IMG/VR virus record: IMGVR_UViG_3300023074_000002
Coordinates: 1 to 61,219 of that record
DNA: 61,219 nt
Direction: 5' to 3' (one strand)
Origin: a virus
Lineage: Duplodnaviria > Caudoviricetes
Made by a program: the position numbers and the translations under genes. Below the pieces are notes generated by a model that worked only from the letters and a program-made list of their open reading frames with translations, was not told where the DNA came from and made no database searches. Below, in pieces: positions 35,155 to 44,946 of the stretch; the first letter of the stretch is position 1, and each line of letters begins with the position of its first letter.

Positions 35155-35679
35155 ATGAAGCTATCAGATGAGATTACCATCAATGTTTACAGGTATTTGG
35201 ATCAGGGCAGGAATGGGGATATTATACTTCGCAACTTTTATTTAGGCTCTTATGAAATGGATGTAATGCTGTTGAAGAAAAGCGGATACATAACGGAGTT
35301 TGAAATAAAGATTAGCCGATCCGACTTTTTTAACGACTTCAAAAAGAACCGTTGGGGAGAGAATAAACACGAGTGTATAGGCAAAGGTATTGGTAGTTCA
35401 AACCGTTTTATGTTCGTTGTTCCAAAAGGCATGGTTTCTGTTAGCGAAGTTCCAAAACATGCAGGTTTGGCTTACTACGAACCTTTCAACAATCCACTTT
35501 ATCCCAATCAGGGGCATGTGAATATAATAAAGCCAGCACCAATGATTCACAAAAACAAACACTTCGTAACCGCCGAAGATTTCCATCAACTAGCCTACAA
35601 AGTTTCATTCAGAGAAACCACATTTAGGAACATAGTTGAGAAATATAAAAGCGAAAATCGAATATCAAAATCCATCTAA
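35155..35679 (+). CDS. MmcB-like PD-(D/E)XK nuclease
   Basis: EMDV..EFEIKISRSDF..D..K; NRFMFVVP..EVPKHAGL. Confidence 0.7.
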   Translation: MKLSDEITINVYRYLDQGRNGDIILRNFYLGSYEMDVMLLKKSGYITEFEIKISRSDFFNDFKKNRWGENKHECIGKGIGSSNRFMFVVPKGMVSVSEVPKHAGLAYYEPFNNPLYPNQGHVNIIKPAPMIHKNKHFVTAEDFHQLAYKVSFRETTFRNIVEKYKSENRISKSI

Positions 35680-35696
35680 CATTACTAACCCAAAAC

Positions 35697-35726
35697 AAGG
35701 GAGGCTTCTATGAGGTCTCCTTTTTT
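35697..35726 (+). terminator. Intrinsic terminator
   Basis: AAGGGAGGCTTC-TAT-GAGGTCTCCTT plus T-run. Confidence 0.65.
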
Positions 35727-35743
35727 ATTTACCCAAAAATATT

Positions 35744-36049
35744 ATGTCAAAAAGATATTTCATTTCAGCAACAGCAAAGAACGATAATGGATTTATGATG
35801 TGTTCGGCTGGATGCTCCGCAATTGACAACGAAGATTATGTTGTTACCACAAACTACCTGAAGTCTGATGAAGTGCCAGATACTTGTAGCGATGCAAAGG
35901 GCTTTACAGAATTGGTGGCTGGCTTGCTAAATGCCTTCTATAATTCGGTTGACGTTTCCAACATGGAAGAAGATGCCGTTCGGCTATTAGGCATTCAAGA
36001 GGCAAAGCTAAATATACCATCTCCCGAAAATCCACAAATTCCTTTTTGA
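35744..36049 (+). CDS. Hypothetical protein
   Basis: 101 aa. Confidence 0.55.
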   Translation: MSKRYFISATAKNDNGFMMCSAGCSAIDNEDYVVTTNYLKSDEVPDTCSDAKGFTELVAGLLNAFYNSVDVSNMEEDAVRLLGIQEAKLNIPSPENPQIPF

Positions 36050-36228
36050 TGCCCGAAGAACCCATACCCTACAAGATGCTAATAGATAAAGGAAAGAAAG
36101 GAAAGGAGATTGCCAAAATTGGGGAAACAGTTTGGGTTTACAATACCGATCACGGCGAAGTATATCTCGCTAAGAATAAATCCGGCGAAACCTTCAGCAT
36201 TCGAAAAGAACACCTCGAAAAAATATAA
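36046..36228 (+). CDS. Hypothetical protein
   Basis: 60 aa, coupled. Confidence 0.5.
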   Translation: MMPEEPIPYKMLIDKGKKGKEIAKIGETVWVYNTDHGEVYLAKNKSGETFSIRKEHLEKI

Positions 36229-36255
36229 TTAGTCCACATTTCTAATTTATACAAA

Positions 36256-37320
36256 ATGAACAAACCAAAATTACCTACCTCTTGGTGCGTAGACATTAAG
36301 AGTGAATCATTACATCCTAGATTGGGAGAGTTTAAAGAGTGGATTAACAATATCGCCTTCTATGGAGATGATTCATTTGGATTTGAATCAGCTTATTATG
36401 GGCAATTAAGTGATAGAGTTATTTACTTTTCAGACAAGCCATTTGGCGAACAAATCAATTTAGATCATTTCTTCGCAGCCATCGACCCAAAGCCATTCAC
36501 TATTGCACAACTATCAAATGGAGAATGTGCTGTTGAAAATGATGGAACGTTGGAAGAATTAGATAAGGTTTTAACGAAAGCATTCCCAAAAGACACAACC
36601 TCGGTTATTTTCAATAAGACGTTTCAACAGAACAGATTCTTTGAGGCAAACGATGACCGCGAACATTGGGGCTGGGTGGCAAAATCTAAACGCCCCACCC
36701 AATCAGTAAAGCTATTTCTAAAGGAATTAGAGGGTAAAGAAGATTTTGTGCTGCCTGAAAAGTGGTGCATAAAGCTAACGGATAATAACTTCAAAGAACT
36801 TGGCAGCCATTACGCAAACTCGGAAGGATACCATCATGACAATGGTTGGTGGGAAATAGAAAAGATAGAAGGGCACACAGAAATAACCTTCGAACAATTC
36901 AAAAAATACGTACTAAAAGAGGATAAAGAAGACAATAAACCCGAACCCATTACATCAATAAAAGTAGGGGATGAGTTTAGGTGTGTGGAAGATGCGTCAC
37001 TTGGCAATCAAAAGCCATATTTCATAGCAGGACAAAAATACAAGTCACGTCAAAGCGGAACAATACGAGATGAATTTGGTGAAGATGTTTGTGTAGAAAT
37101 AAATCCTTTTACTAACCGCCACTTCATACGCCACACACCCGAAACAAAAGAGGTAGAGGTGAAAGATTTGGACACGCCAAAAATTACCGAACTACAAAGA
37201 ATGCTTAGGAATAACGCTACCGACCTTCTTTACAACTACGAAGAATCTTGCGACCTCCAGCACCTACATGATTGCATGTGGATAATTGAAAAGTTAATCG
37301 AAAAACATACTAAAAACTAG
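36256..37320 (+). CDS. Mosaic hypothetical protein
   Basis: Repeated modules LPTSWCV / LPEKWCI..EITFEQF. Confidence 0.6.
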   Translation: MNKPKLPTSWCVDIKSESLHPRLGEFKEWINNIAFYGDDSFGFESAYYGQLSDRVIYFSDKPFGEQINLDHFFAAIDPKPFTIAQLSNGECAVENDGTLEELDKVLTKAFPKDTTSVIFNKTFQQNRFFEANDDREHWGWVAKSKRPTQSVKLFLKELEGKEDFVLPEKWCIKLTDNNFKELGSHYANSEGYHHDNGWWEIEKIEGHTEITFEQFKKYVLKEDKEDNKPEPITSIKVGDEFRCVEDASLGNQKPYFIAGQKYKSRQSGTIRDEFGEDVCVEINPFTNRHFIRHTPETKEVEVKDLDTPKITELQRMLRNNATDLLYNYEESCDLQHLHDCMWIIEKLIEKHTKN

Positions 37321-37323
37321 ACA

Positions 37324-37677
37324 ATGTCAACTCTAAAATTAACGCTTAAAAAGAAGTGGTTTGACATGATTCTTTCGGGTGAAAAAAAGGAGGAATATCG
37401 GGAGATCAAACATTATTGGATGGGTCGATTAACGTCCGCTTATTTCGGTCAAATTGGTGGCGATATTATGGATAGGCATAAGGTAGTGTCTCACAATATA
37501 AAATCATTTGATACGATAATTTTTAAAAACGGATATGCAGCCAATGCCCCAACAATTGAAATAGAATGTTTAGGTATAGATGTTGGCGAAGCGGCTCCTA
37601 GGTGGAGCGACAATTGGGAAGGGGATGTATTTAGAATAAAACTAGGCAAGATATTAAGAACCGAAAATATCAAATAA
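37324..37677 (+). CDS. ASCH-domain protein
   Basis: LTLKKKWFDMILSGEKKEEYRE..F.NGY. Confidence 0.85.
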   Translation: MSTLKLTLKKKWFDMILSGEKKEEYREIKHYWMGRLTSAYFGQIGGDIMDRHKVVSHNIKSFDTIIFKNGYAANAPTIEIECLGIDVGEAAPRWSDNWEGDVFRIKLGKILRTENIK

Positions 37678-37726
37678 CCACTCACGGGCTACCACTAATA
37701 ACGGTAGCCCAATTTAAACTTAGAAG

Positions 37727-38230
37727 ATGGTATCAAATAAATGGAAATATTCAGAAACCATTTCACTTGAAAAGGATTGGGCAAATATGACCAGCAATGA
37801 GTTGGCAATTAAATACAACCGCCCTTATTCTTCAGTAAGCAAAAAGGCAAAACGAATGGGGCTACCAATGACTTATCAAGGTGAAAAGAAGAATGTATTG
37901 TGGACGCTCAACGAATTAATGTCAATCGTTACGGATTACCCAGAAATGAACGAAAAAGCATTGGAGGCGAAATACGGACGGTCATTTAAGGCTATCCACA
38001 TGCGAGCTATTAGGTTAGGATTGAAACGGGATAGAACGCAATCTTACACCGTAAAGATCGAAGATATGGACGGTAATTTGGTTTATAACAAAACCATCGA
38101 ACGCGGCGAAAACTCAAAGGCAACACTAAAAAGTATAATTCCAAAACTCAGAGCAATGAATAAGCGAGCGATTGACCGAGGCGAATGGACATTGGCAATA
38201 ACTCATGGCTTAGAATGCTTCCAAAACTAA
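37727..38230 (+). CDS. Tandem HTH (Myb-like) DNA-binding protein
   Basis: Two W..E..ELA.K..R...V..KA.RMGL repeats. Confidence 0.6.
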   Translation: MVSNKWKYSETISLEKDWANMTSNELAIKYNRPYSSVSKKAKRMGLPMTYQGEKKNVLWTLNELMSIVTDYPEMNEKALEAKYGRSFKAIHMRAIRLGLKRDRTQSYTVKIEDMDGNLVYNKTIERGENSKATLKSIIPKLRAMNKRAIDRGEWTLAITHGLECFQN

Positions 38231-38236
38231 CCGACA

Positions 38237-38470
38237 ATGGCAAAGCACAACAAACAAAGGGTACACTATAACATCCCCGTTGAATTAAAACAAGCAATGT
38301 ACCATGAATTTATGAGCGGAACAAAAAAGTCTGAATTGTCCGAAAAATACGGCTATCCGATAGTTGCCATTGCTTCGGCGATTGGTACGGTATCATCTAA
38401 AATAATCCCAAAGGATACAGGCTTCTTTGATTTCAGAATACACAATGTTTCACCAGTTAATTTTTATTAG
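38237..38470 (+). CDS. Small HTH protein
   Basis: SGTKKSELSEKYGY. Confidence 0.5.
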   Translation: MAKHNKQRVHYNIPVELKQAMYHEFMSGTKKSELSEKYGYPIVAIASAIGTVSSKIIPKDTGFFDFRIHNVSPVNFY

Positions 38471-38472
38471 AT

Positions 38473-38892
38473 ATGCCATGCGATTATTCAAAATATCCTA
38501 AAGATTGGAAAAGCAAAATACGCCCCGACATTTTAGAACGGGCTGGCAATAAATGTGAACAATGCGGTGTGGAAAATGGCAAGGCTGTATTTAGAGGAAC
38601 GTTATTTGGGTCGGGAAGAAAAGTTTTTCAAGATGTTGATGGCAACATTTTCGATGAAGAAACAGGCGAATTTTTAAAGTGCGATTGTTACGAAGGGATA
38701 GAGCCATCAACGGGCAATCCAAATCAAATGGCAATTAAAATAGTATTGACAATTGCACATCTTGACCACGACATAGCGAACAATGAGTATTCAAACCTTA
38801 AAGCACTTTGCCAACTCCACCATTTAAGCCATGATAAATTTCATCATGCCCAAACGCGGCGAAAGAAAAAAGGAATGAACGAGTTATTTTAA
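38473..38892 (+). CDS. HNH-family protein
   Basis: CEQCG..VLTIAHLDH..NLKALCQLHH. Confidence 0.8.
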   Translation: MPCDYSKYPKDWKSKIRPDILERAGNKCEQCGVENGKAVFRGTLFGSGRKVFQDVDGNIFDEETGEFLKCDCYEGIEPSTGNPNQMAIKIVLTIAHLDHDIANNEYSNLKALCQLHHLSHDKFHHAQTRRKKKGMNELF

Positions 38893-38939
38893 AACAATGT
38901 TTCACCAGTCGGTTCTTGCGACTATTAAAATTAAAAAAT

Positions 38940-39230
38940 ATGACAAAAAGGGAAAGGTTGGAATCCAAAATATCTAAAAACAAGGAAAAAATTAAGGCGT
39001 TGAATGCCGAAATAATAGAACTACGAAAAGAAGGGCTATTGCTTTCCGATAAAGAACAATGGTACACCGAGGCGGAGGAAGAAATAACCTTATCTAAACG
39101 TCCTAAGAAAACCGCTATAGCTTTAATGGGGAAAGTAAATTGGAACGAAGATTTTGTGGATGAAGATACAGGTGAAGTAGTGACGATAACGCGCAGCCAA
39201 TACGTCCGAAAAGATGGTGAGTGGCTATAA
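38940..39230 (+). CDS. Small protein with an RNA polymerase beta-like motif
   Basis: Coiled coil followed by WNEDFVDEDTGEVVTITR. Confidence 0.6.
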   Translation: MTKRERLESKISKNKEKIKALNAEIIELRKEGLLLSDKEQWYTEAEEEITLSKRPKKTAIALMGKVNWNEDFVDEDTGEVVTITRSQYVRKDGEWL

Positions 39231-39267
39231 CAAAATAAATTATCCCCTCTTAATCACTTACGGGTAG

Positions 39268-39495
39268 ATGCCCGATAAAAATAACACGAAAATGGATAAC
39301 AAAAATAAAGACCAACAATTATTCGAGATTGGCAAAATGGTTAAATATCAAATGAGATACAATTCTCAAACGAAATTTTGGGATGCTCTTGTAGTTGACA
39401 ACAACCCCATTACATTACGAATAAAGTTTCCAGATGGGTATGTTCACGAAACCGAACCTGATGAGGAACAGACTTTGACTAGGGTTAAATTTTAA
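39268..39495 (+). CDS. Hypothetical protein
   Basis: 75 aa. Confidence 0.5.
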   Translation: MPDKNNTKMDNKNKDQQLFEIGKMVKYQMRYNSQTKFWDALVVDNNPITLRIKFPDGYVHETEPDEEQTLTRVKF

Positions 39496-39511
39496 ACCAC
39501 CATTTTAAGCC

Positions 39512-39904
39512 ATGAAAGACCAATTAACAGCAGAAGAGTACAGGAAGGTGGGAACGGTAACGATTCCAGGAAACGTGCCAAGTAAATCAAACTGCTACAA
39601 GATTATCACTTTAAACGGGCATGGGTCGCTTGCAAAGACACCAGCCTTAAAGAAGTACGAGGAATCCTTTTTATGGCAATGTGGGGCATACAGAAACGCA
39701 AATATTGATACCATGTTTGAGTTTAATGTTCGGGTGTTTTATCCTAGTAAGCGTTCAGATTTGGACAATGCCATGAAAGTATTACTCGATATGTTGCAGA
39801 AAGCAAAGGCAATTACCAACGACAATCTTTGTGCCAAAATAGTAGCCGAAAAGTTTATTGACAAAATCAACCCACGAGTAGAGTTTAGCATCACACCACT
39901 TTAA
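39512..39904 (+). CDS. rusA: RusA-family Holliday junction resolvase
   Basis: PSKSN and RSDLDNAMKVLLDMLQ..ITNDN motifs. Confidence 0.85.
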   Translation: MKDQLTAEEYRKVGTVTIPGNVPSKSNCYKIITLNGHGSLAKTPALKKYEESFLWQCGAYRNANIDTMFEFNVRVFYPSKRSDLDNAMKVLLDMLQKAKAITNDNLCAKIVAEKFIDKINPRVEFSITPL

Positions 39905-39926
39905 TCACACACCAAAAAGAAAAACT

Positions 39927-40232
39927 ATGGCAAAGACCGCGATACAATATCTTATTGAAAAACTAAAAGAAAAACACAAAGCAATTCCCATCAATACCGA
40001 ACATAACAGAAGAATAAAAGGTGCTTATGTAGACTGCTTATTAATGGTGAAAGAACTATTAGAAGACGAAAAGCAAATGGTAATTGACACATGGATAGCT
40101 TGTGAAAACGAAAACAGTCGTGGAAATTGCGGAATGGATTTATGCGAAACAGAACTTGAATCAATTACGCGCCAAGCCGAAACCTACTACACTAACACTT
40201 TCAACACTAATAACAATGGCAAAGCTAACTGA
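39927..40232 (+). CDS. Hypothetical protein
   Basis: TAIQYL..EKQMVID..ETYYTNTF. Confidence 0.55.
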   Translation: MAKTAIQYLIEKLKEKHKAIPINTEHNRRIKGAYVDCLLMVKELLEDEKQMVIDTWIACENENSRGNCGMDLCETELESITRQAETYYTNTFNTNNNGKAN

Positions 40233-40521
40233 ATTGATAAAGTACGCAAAAGAACTACGCAGCTATTTTGGCGAAAACGATAAGACTATTGAGCAACAAA
40301 TGATGTACTACAATGTAAACAAGATAGCTAAATTCTTATCCGACCTAGAAGCCAATTCTTATCATCTTGCATCAATAGCCTTTGAAGAAGGGTGTACGGA
40401 GCAAAAGAAATTGTGTGCTGATCATGCAAAATGCTTTATATCATGGAAAGGAGATGATCCACAAATTTCAAAAGGTAGCATTCTCAACGCACCCCAACCT
40501 ATTAACCCTTACTTAAAATGA
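40216..40521 (+). CDS. Hypothetical protein
   Basis: ATG at 40216 preferred over the upstream GTG. Confidence 0.5.
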   Translation: MAKLTELIKYAKELRSYFGENDKTIEQQMMYYNVNKIAKFLSDLEANSYHLASIAFEEGCTEQKKLCADHAKCFISWKGDDPQISKGSILNAPQPINPYLK

Positions 40522-40871
40522 AGAAATCCGAAAGGCAAATAGTATTCGATAAGTTCGATGGGAAGTGCGCCTATTGTGGTTGTGAATTGCAAAAAGGATG
40601 GCATGTTGACCACATAGAGCCAATAGTTCGTGACTGGTGGACAAACACCTGCAACAAGCCTCAAAACGAGCATGAGGCGAACTACAATCCATCGTGTGCA
40701 TCTTGCAACATTATGAAAGGTTCGGTATCATTAGAAGAATTTAGGAGAATAATCGGACAATTCATAAACAGCCTCAATCAATACAGCACCCAATACAAGT
40801 TTGCCAAACGTTACGGGCTTGTAACGGAAACTGAAAATAAAGTTATTTTTTACTTTGAAACCCTTACTTAA
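40518..40871 (+). CDS. HNH endonuclease
   Basis: CAYCG..VDHIEP..NYNPSCASCN..KG. Confidence 0.85.
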   Translation: MKKSERQIVFDKFDGKCAYCGCELQKGWHVDHIEPIVRDWWTNTCNKPQNEHEANYNPSCASCNIMKGSVSLEEFRRIIGQFINSLNQYSTQYKFAKRYGLVTETENKVIFYFETLT

Positions 40872-40882
40872 AATAGAACGAA

Positions 40883-41194
40883 ATGGGAAACATGAAAAGA
40901 AAAACAGGCACGATTAAGCCTAGAATTACAAAGCTGACTGTTATAAGGGTCGTTTGTAATGGAATATTTGACCTAGTGACTGACTTTCCAAGTCAAAAGG
41001 ACTTTGATAAAATATTTATGGAATGGTTCGATAGCCCTGAAACGAACATGTGGTGCGCCGAAAGTTTGATACTATACATAAAATCTAAGCAGCCAAATAG
41101 AATATGCCTATTAGAAAAAGATTATAACGAAGCGATAAAAGGCAAAGGCGTTATCCCTGCAACAAAAGAAGAATATCAAGCCGAAAACAACTAA
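40883..41194 (+). CDS. Hypothetical protein
   Basis: 103 aa. Confidence 0.55.
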   Translation: MGNMKRKTGTIKPRITKLTVIRVVCNGIFDLVTDFPSQKDFDKIFMEWFDSPETNMWCAESLILYIKSKQPNRICLLEKDYNEAIKGKGVIPATKEEYQAENN

Positions 41195-41229
41195 CCCCAC
41201 ACCTAAGCAATAGGGAAAACAAAAACGAT

Positions 41230-41554
41230 ATGAAAGTATTTATTCAAGTACCAATAGAAGAAGAATTGCCAAAACTGCCTGGGTATTATTTTATAATAAG
41301 GAATGGCTACCGTGAAGTCATGGAGTACGAGGTTTTTGCTAATGGGCAAAATTGCTTTGGAATTCAAAAAAAACATTACCCATTGGCTAAAAGAAATAAC
41401 CCTACCTACCGAAGATGAAATAATTAGTAAAGCAGACACTTCTGCTCGCAACCCATTAGAACATGAGAATAATGCTTCTGTGTATTCTGACTATTATAAT
41501 TCTTTCATCCAAGGCGCAGAATACATACTCAACCTTTTAAAATCACAAAAATGA
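41230..41554 (+). pseudogene. DUF551-like gene split at an A8 run
   Basis: PIEEELP.. in one frame and ITHWLKE.. in the +1 frame; the switch is at 41366-41373. Confidence 0.5.
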
Positions 41555-41841
41555 ACAAAGAAGAATTAGCAAAAGCGCATGCCCTAAAAGAATTTTCAAA
41601 TTACAAAGGACAAGATTACAAAGACCTTGTTGATGCCTGCGAAAAAGATTTCATAGCTGGATACGAAGCAAAGGAAGCAGATAGAAAAGACAAGATGTTT
41701 ACTTTGGAAGATATGAATGCAGCTATTGAAAAAGCATTTAAAGATGGCTGCGAATTAGAGTCAACGGACGGTAATAGTTGCGACTTATTATCAACAAAAA
41801 AGTACATACTTAACAGCTTCCCTTCTTTACCCACCACCTAA
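41551..41841 (+). CDS. Hypothetical protein
   Basis: 96 aa. Confidence 0.55.
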   Translation: MNKEELAKAHALKEFSNYKGQDYKDLVDACEKDFIAGYEAKEADRKDKMFTLEDMNAAIEKAFKDGCELESTDGNSCDLLSTKKYILNSFPSLPTT

Positions 41842-41855
41842 TAAATAAACAGCAA

Positions 41856-42095
41856 ATGAATAACAAACTTCCATTAAAGGATTACTTCGAAAACGAAGAA
41901 CAATATAGCAACTTCATTCAGGCAACAATTGAACAATTAGACAACCTAACAATAGGGGGCGTGTTGAAATTACAAGCCAAAGCACCGTTATTCAAGGGTA
42001 GCGCAATGGCACTTAAAACGCTCCCAAATAAAGGCATGTCCAAACAAGCCTATTGGTACTCAATTGATAGGATGTGTGAAGTCACACTAGATTAA
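41856..42095 (+). CDS. Hypothetical protein
   Basis: 79 aa. Confidence 0.5.
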   Translation: MNNKLPLKDYFENEEQYSNFIQATIEQLDNLTIGGVLKLQAKAPLFKGSAMALKTLPNKGMSKQAYWYSIDRMCEVTLD

Positions 42096-42099
42096 AAAC

Positions 42100-42127
42100 A
42101 GCCGACCTGCAATTACGCAGGTCGGCT
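42100..42127 (-). terminator. Terminator at the convergence of early and late operons
   Basis: AGCCGACCTGC/GCAGGTCGGCT with a minus-strand T-run. Confidence 0.7.
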
Positions 42128-42183
42128 AATCTCATGGCACAATTTCATGCCGTCAAAATAGGAGAGCGCAAAATTGCGTTGAC

Positions 42184-42933
42184 CTAAGAATATCTAATAT
42201 AGCCTACAATTGTATTCATTTTTCTAGCACGTAAATAAACTCCGTCTCCCTCTCGCGATGAGGCGGAGTTTGTGTTTCCTTCAATCGTGTGTACAATGTC
42301 CCCTACAACACGCTCTACGATTCCAGTATGCCCGTTCCCTTTTCCGTAATCCATTATGAATATATCTCCAGCTTGTGGATTAGTTTTAGTCTTTAATCCT
42401 TTAGTGTTGTTCCAATGGTGCAACACGCCAGCCGTTTTATAAAGCGGATTAGGTACATCTAATTGCTTCGCAGCTTCAGAAAAGCACCAATATACAAATG
42501 CAGCGCACCAAGCGTAACCCTTACCAAGTGCAACAGATTTCAAATAACTTTCGACTGCCTCCCCATCGTTCTTTCCTGTCTTTTCACGAACATGCAATTG
42601 TGTTTTGGCAATTTGTAAGGCAAGTAACGAAAGGTTGTCGGACGTAACAACTTCGGGCTTTGGCAGTCCGTTTTTCAACACGCGCACTGTCAATTCTCCA
42701 ACAATGCCATCAGGCTTCAAATTGTTTGCCTTTTGGAATGCGATAACCGAAGCTTTGGTCTTTTCGCCAAACACGCCAGTCATATCAAATTTTCCATAGC
42801 CCAATTCACTCAAGATGTGTTGCAACTTTTTAACCGCCGTTACATCTTTACTGCCAACTTCCAACATTTTGCTTTCACTACCTACTACGTGCATCGTTCC
42901 GTTTATTGATGTTAGTTTGCTATCGCTTTTCAT
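42184..42933 (-). CDS. Endolysin (PG-binding + CHAP)
   Basis: LQ..L..GVFGEKT..FQ..LKPDGIVG; WCAAFV, GHTGIV, TIEGN. Confidence 0.92.
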   Translation of the reverse strand: MKSDSKLTSINGTMHVVGSESKMLEVGSKDVTAVKKLQHILSELGYGKFDMTGVFGEKTKASVIAFQKANNLKPDGIVGELTVRVLKNGLPKPEVVTSDNLSLLALQIAKTQLHVREKTGKNDGEAVESYLKSVALGKGYAWCAAFVYWCFSEAAKQLDVPNPLYKTAGVLHHWNNTKGLKTKTNPQAGDIFIMDYGKGNGHTGIVERVVGDIVHTIEGNTNSASSREGDGVYLRARKMNTIVGYIRYS

Positions 42934-44129
42934 GGATTCGTATGTTTAAGGACAAATTTTGAAGTAGCCATTGCAGCATTTACGACAGTCGCTAACTTAG
43001 GTTGACCTAGTGCGCAATTGGGGTGTAATCTTGTTCCTGCGGTTTGCTCTACATAGTTTGCGGCAACACTTGAACTGTATGTGTTTGCAGGGTTGATGTC
43101 TGCCAATATCAAATCTATATCAGGCATTTCTACCAACATTTCTGCATAGACTTCTCTTAGCACATCTCTAATTGCAACCAAGAACGTCTTTCCAACATGT
43201 GTTCCGCTTGGCACCAGTGCTATTTTATCCGACAAGTCACTATCAGCAACATTTAGCATACAAAAACAACCACTAGGATTTTGAAGGAAATATAATCTAA
43301 TTAATTCTTTGTAATATAATTTTGATGTTCCGCTAACTATGTTTGCAGTCCCTTCATTTATTCCAACATTACAAAATACAATATCTGGACTCCACCGTCT
43401 AAATAAACCATTTCTAGCAAACTCTCTCCAATATCCTATATTACTACCCCCTTGCCCTATATTTGTTCTAAACGTGTCAATACCAAGCCCCGTTAAATAT
43501 TGTTGGGTCATTATCGTCCAACTACCTGTAATGGTCGTACCGTCATTGGTGTATTCTTTCTCCAAGTCCGCACTCACATTACAAAAACTATCGCCCATAT
43601 ATCCAATATGATAGTCCGCGTTGTAATTGGAATCATTAGCAACCGAGTACCACTCTGCGGAAATAGCGTAGTTAATACCCGCAACGGTTCCCGTCCCCGT
43701 AACGCTATAAAAAAAGGCACCTACAGTATCGTATTCTACTCTTAAAGGATTTTCCGAGAAGTCAAACACAACAGTACCGCCGTTTACATTTGGCTGCCAT
43801 CGTATGTAATTTGTAAAGGCGTTACTTAGAGAACTGTTACCTTTAGCCAAGGTGAATCCAACTTGACAGTCTCTTGATACCTCTATTGTTATTTTCTCTA
43901 TTATTAAACACCTCCCGATTGTGTAGGGGAACGGGACTATGCTTTTCCATGTATTAGAAGCAACTTGTGGTGGTGTTGCAGCCTTCCAATCTGGGCTTAC
44001 AATCGACTCGTTGAACCTCCCAAATAAACCAAGGTTGGTTCGATTAGTTGAATTAAAACTACTTGCGATGTCTTTTACAAATTGGTAATCTGTACGATTT
44101 TTGTAGTGGGTCTTTACTTTTTGTGCCAT
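42930..44129 (-). CDS. SGNH/GDSL esterase-domain virion protein
   Basis: GDSF, GQGG, GINE, RLHPN blocks. Confidence 0.7.
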   Translation of the reverse strand: MAQKVKTHYKNRTDYQFVKDIASSFNSTNRTNLGLFGRFNESIVSPDWKAATPPQVASNTWKSIVPFPYTIGRCLIIEKITIEVSRDCQVGFTLAKGNSSLSNAFTNYIRWQPNVNGGTVVFDFSENPLRVEYDTVGAFFYSVTGTGTVAGINYAISAEWYSVANDSNYNADYHIGYMGDSFCNVSADLEKEYTNDGTTITGSWTIMTQQYLTGLGIDTFRTNIGQGGSNIGYWREFARNGLFRRWSPDIVFCNVGINEGTANIVSGTSKLYYKELIRLYFLQNPSGCFCMLNVADSDLSDKIALVPSGTHVGKTFLVAIRDVLREVYAEMLVEMPDIDLILADINPANTYSSSVAANYVEQTAGTRLHPNCALGQPKLATVVNAAMATSKFVLKHTNP

Positions 44130-44132
44130 GTT

Positions 44133-44612
44133 TTATTGCTCCACCGCTACTAGGTAGAATAGTTTATTGTTGTGTCTGATAAATTGTGATTCTGTACCGT
44201 CACCATTTGGAGTGTCGTCTTTATCCGCTAGTATCACTCCGTCCGCGCCTGTTGGTGAAATAGACGATGCAAATTCCACACTAACGACTTGTAAGGCTCC
44301 GTTTGCCGTTGCTTCTATATCCTTAATAGGGTCAGAATCTAAAACGGCGGAAACGATTGTTTCTGTTGATGGAATGTTGGATGCTGCTTCGTTAGCGTTT
44401 TCTGCGGCTGTATTGGCGTTTGATATAGCCGTTTGAATCCCAGATGATGAAACCACCTCACCTATAAAGGCAGCGTCTTCTGGCAATGCTTCAATGCTAC
44501 CATCCACATAGTCGGCTATATTGTCGTTGTGTGTCCAATGTCTATTCTTGGTTACTTTCCCAGCACTTAGAATGTTGGTTTGGTTGGATTGATTTAACTG
44601 TTCGCGGTTCAT
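44133..44612 (-). CDS. Putative fibre/adaptor protein
   Basis: N-terminus resembles the 48795 protein; Ala/Asn coiled segment. Confidence 0.45.
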   Translation of the reverse strand: MNREQLNQSNQTNILSAGKVTKNRHWTHNDNIADYVDGSIEALPEDAAFIGEVVSSSGIQTAISNANTAAENANEAASNIPSTETIVSAVLDSDPIKDIEATANGALQVVSVEFASSISPTGADGVILADKDDTPNGDGTESQFIRHNNKLFYLVAVEQ

Positions 44613-44613
44613 T

Positions 44614-44946
44614 TTAATTATATTCTAAGGATAAATATTCGGATAGATCGTATTCGCTTTCTATTGGTTCGTCTAATTGAACGCAACTTACTATTTTTAG
44701 TTCGTATTGCACACCGTTCAACACTTGATTGTTATAATGAAAAGTAACTAAGTGATCGTAATTTTCATTGAAGATATTGGGCAAAATAAAAGGGTATCCT
44801 TCCTCAACAAAGATAACCTTTTCGATAATCGTTCTTTCGAATTGAACGCGCATTTTTATTTCGCCAGTAATGCCCGAAATTATATCGTGGATTATTATTT
44901 CACCACACGAACAAAAGTCACCTAAGCAAGATATTGGAAGGATCAT
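44614..44946 (-). CDS. Structural protein, paralogue of 49124-49621
   Basis: PISCLGDFCSCGEI..PNIFNENYDH vs PIECLGEFCQCGDI..PNVFNETYTH. Confidence 0.6.
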   Translation of the reverse strand: MILPISCLGDFCSCGEIIIHDIISGITGEIKMRVQFERTIIEKVIFVEEGYPFILPNIFNENYDHLVTFHYNNQVLNGVQYELKIVSCVQLDEPIESEYDLSEYLSLEYN

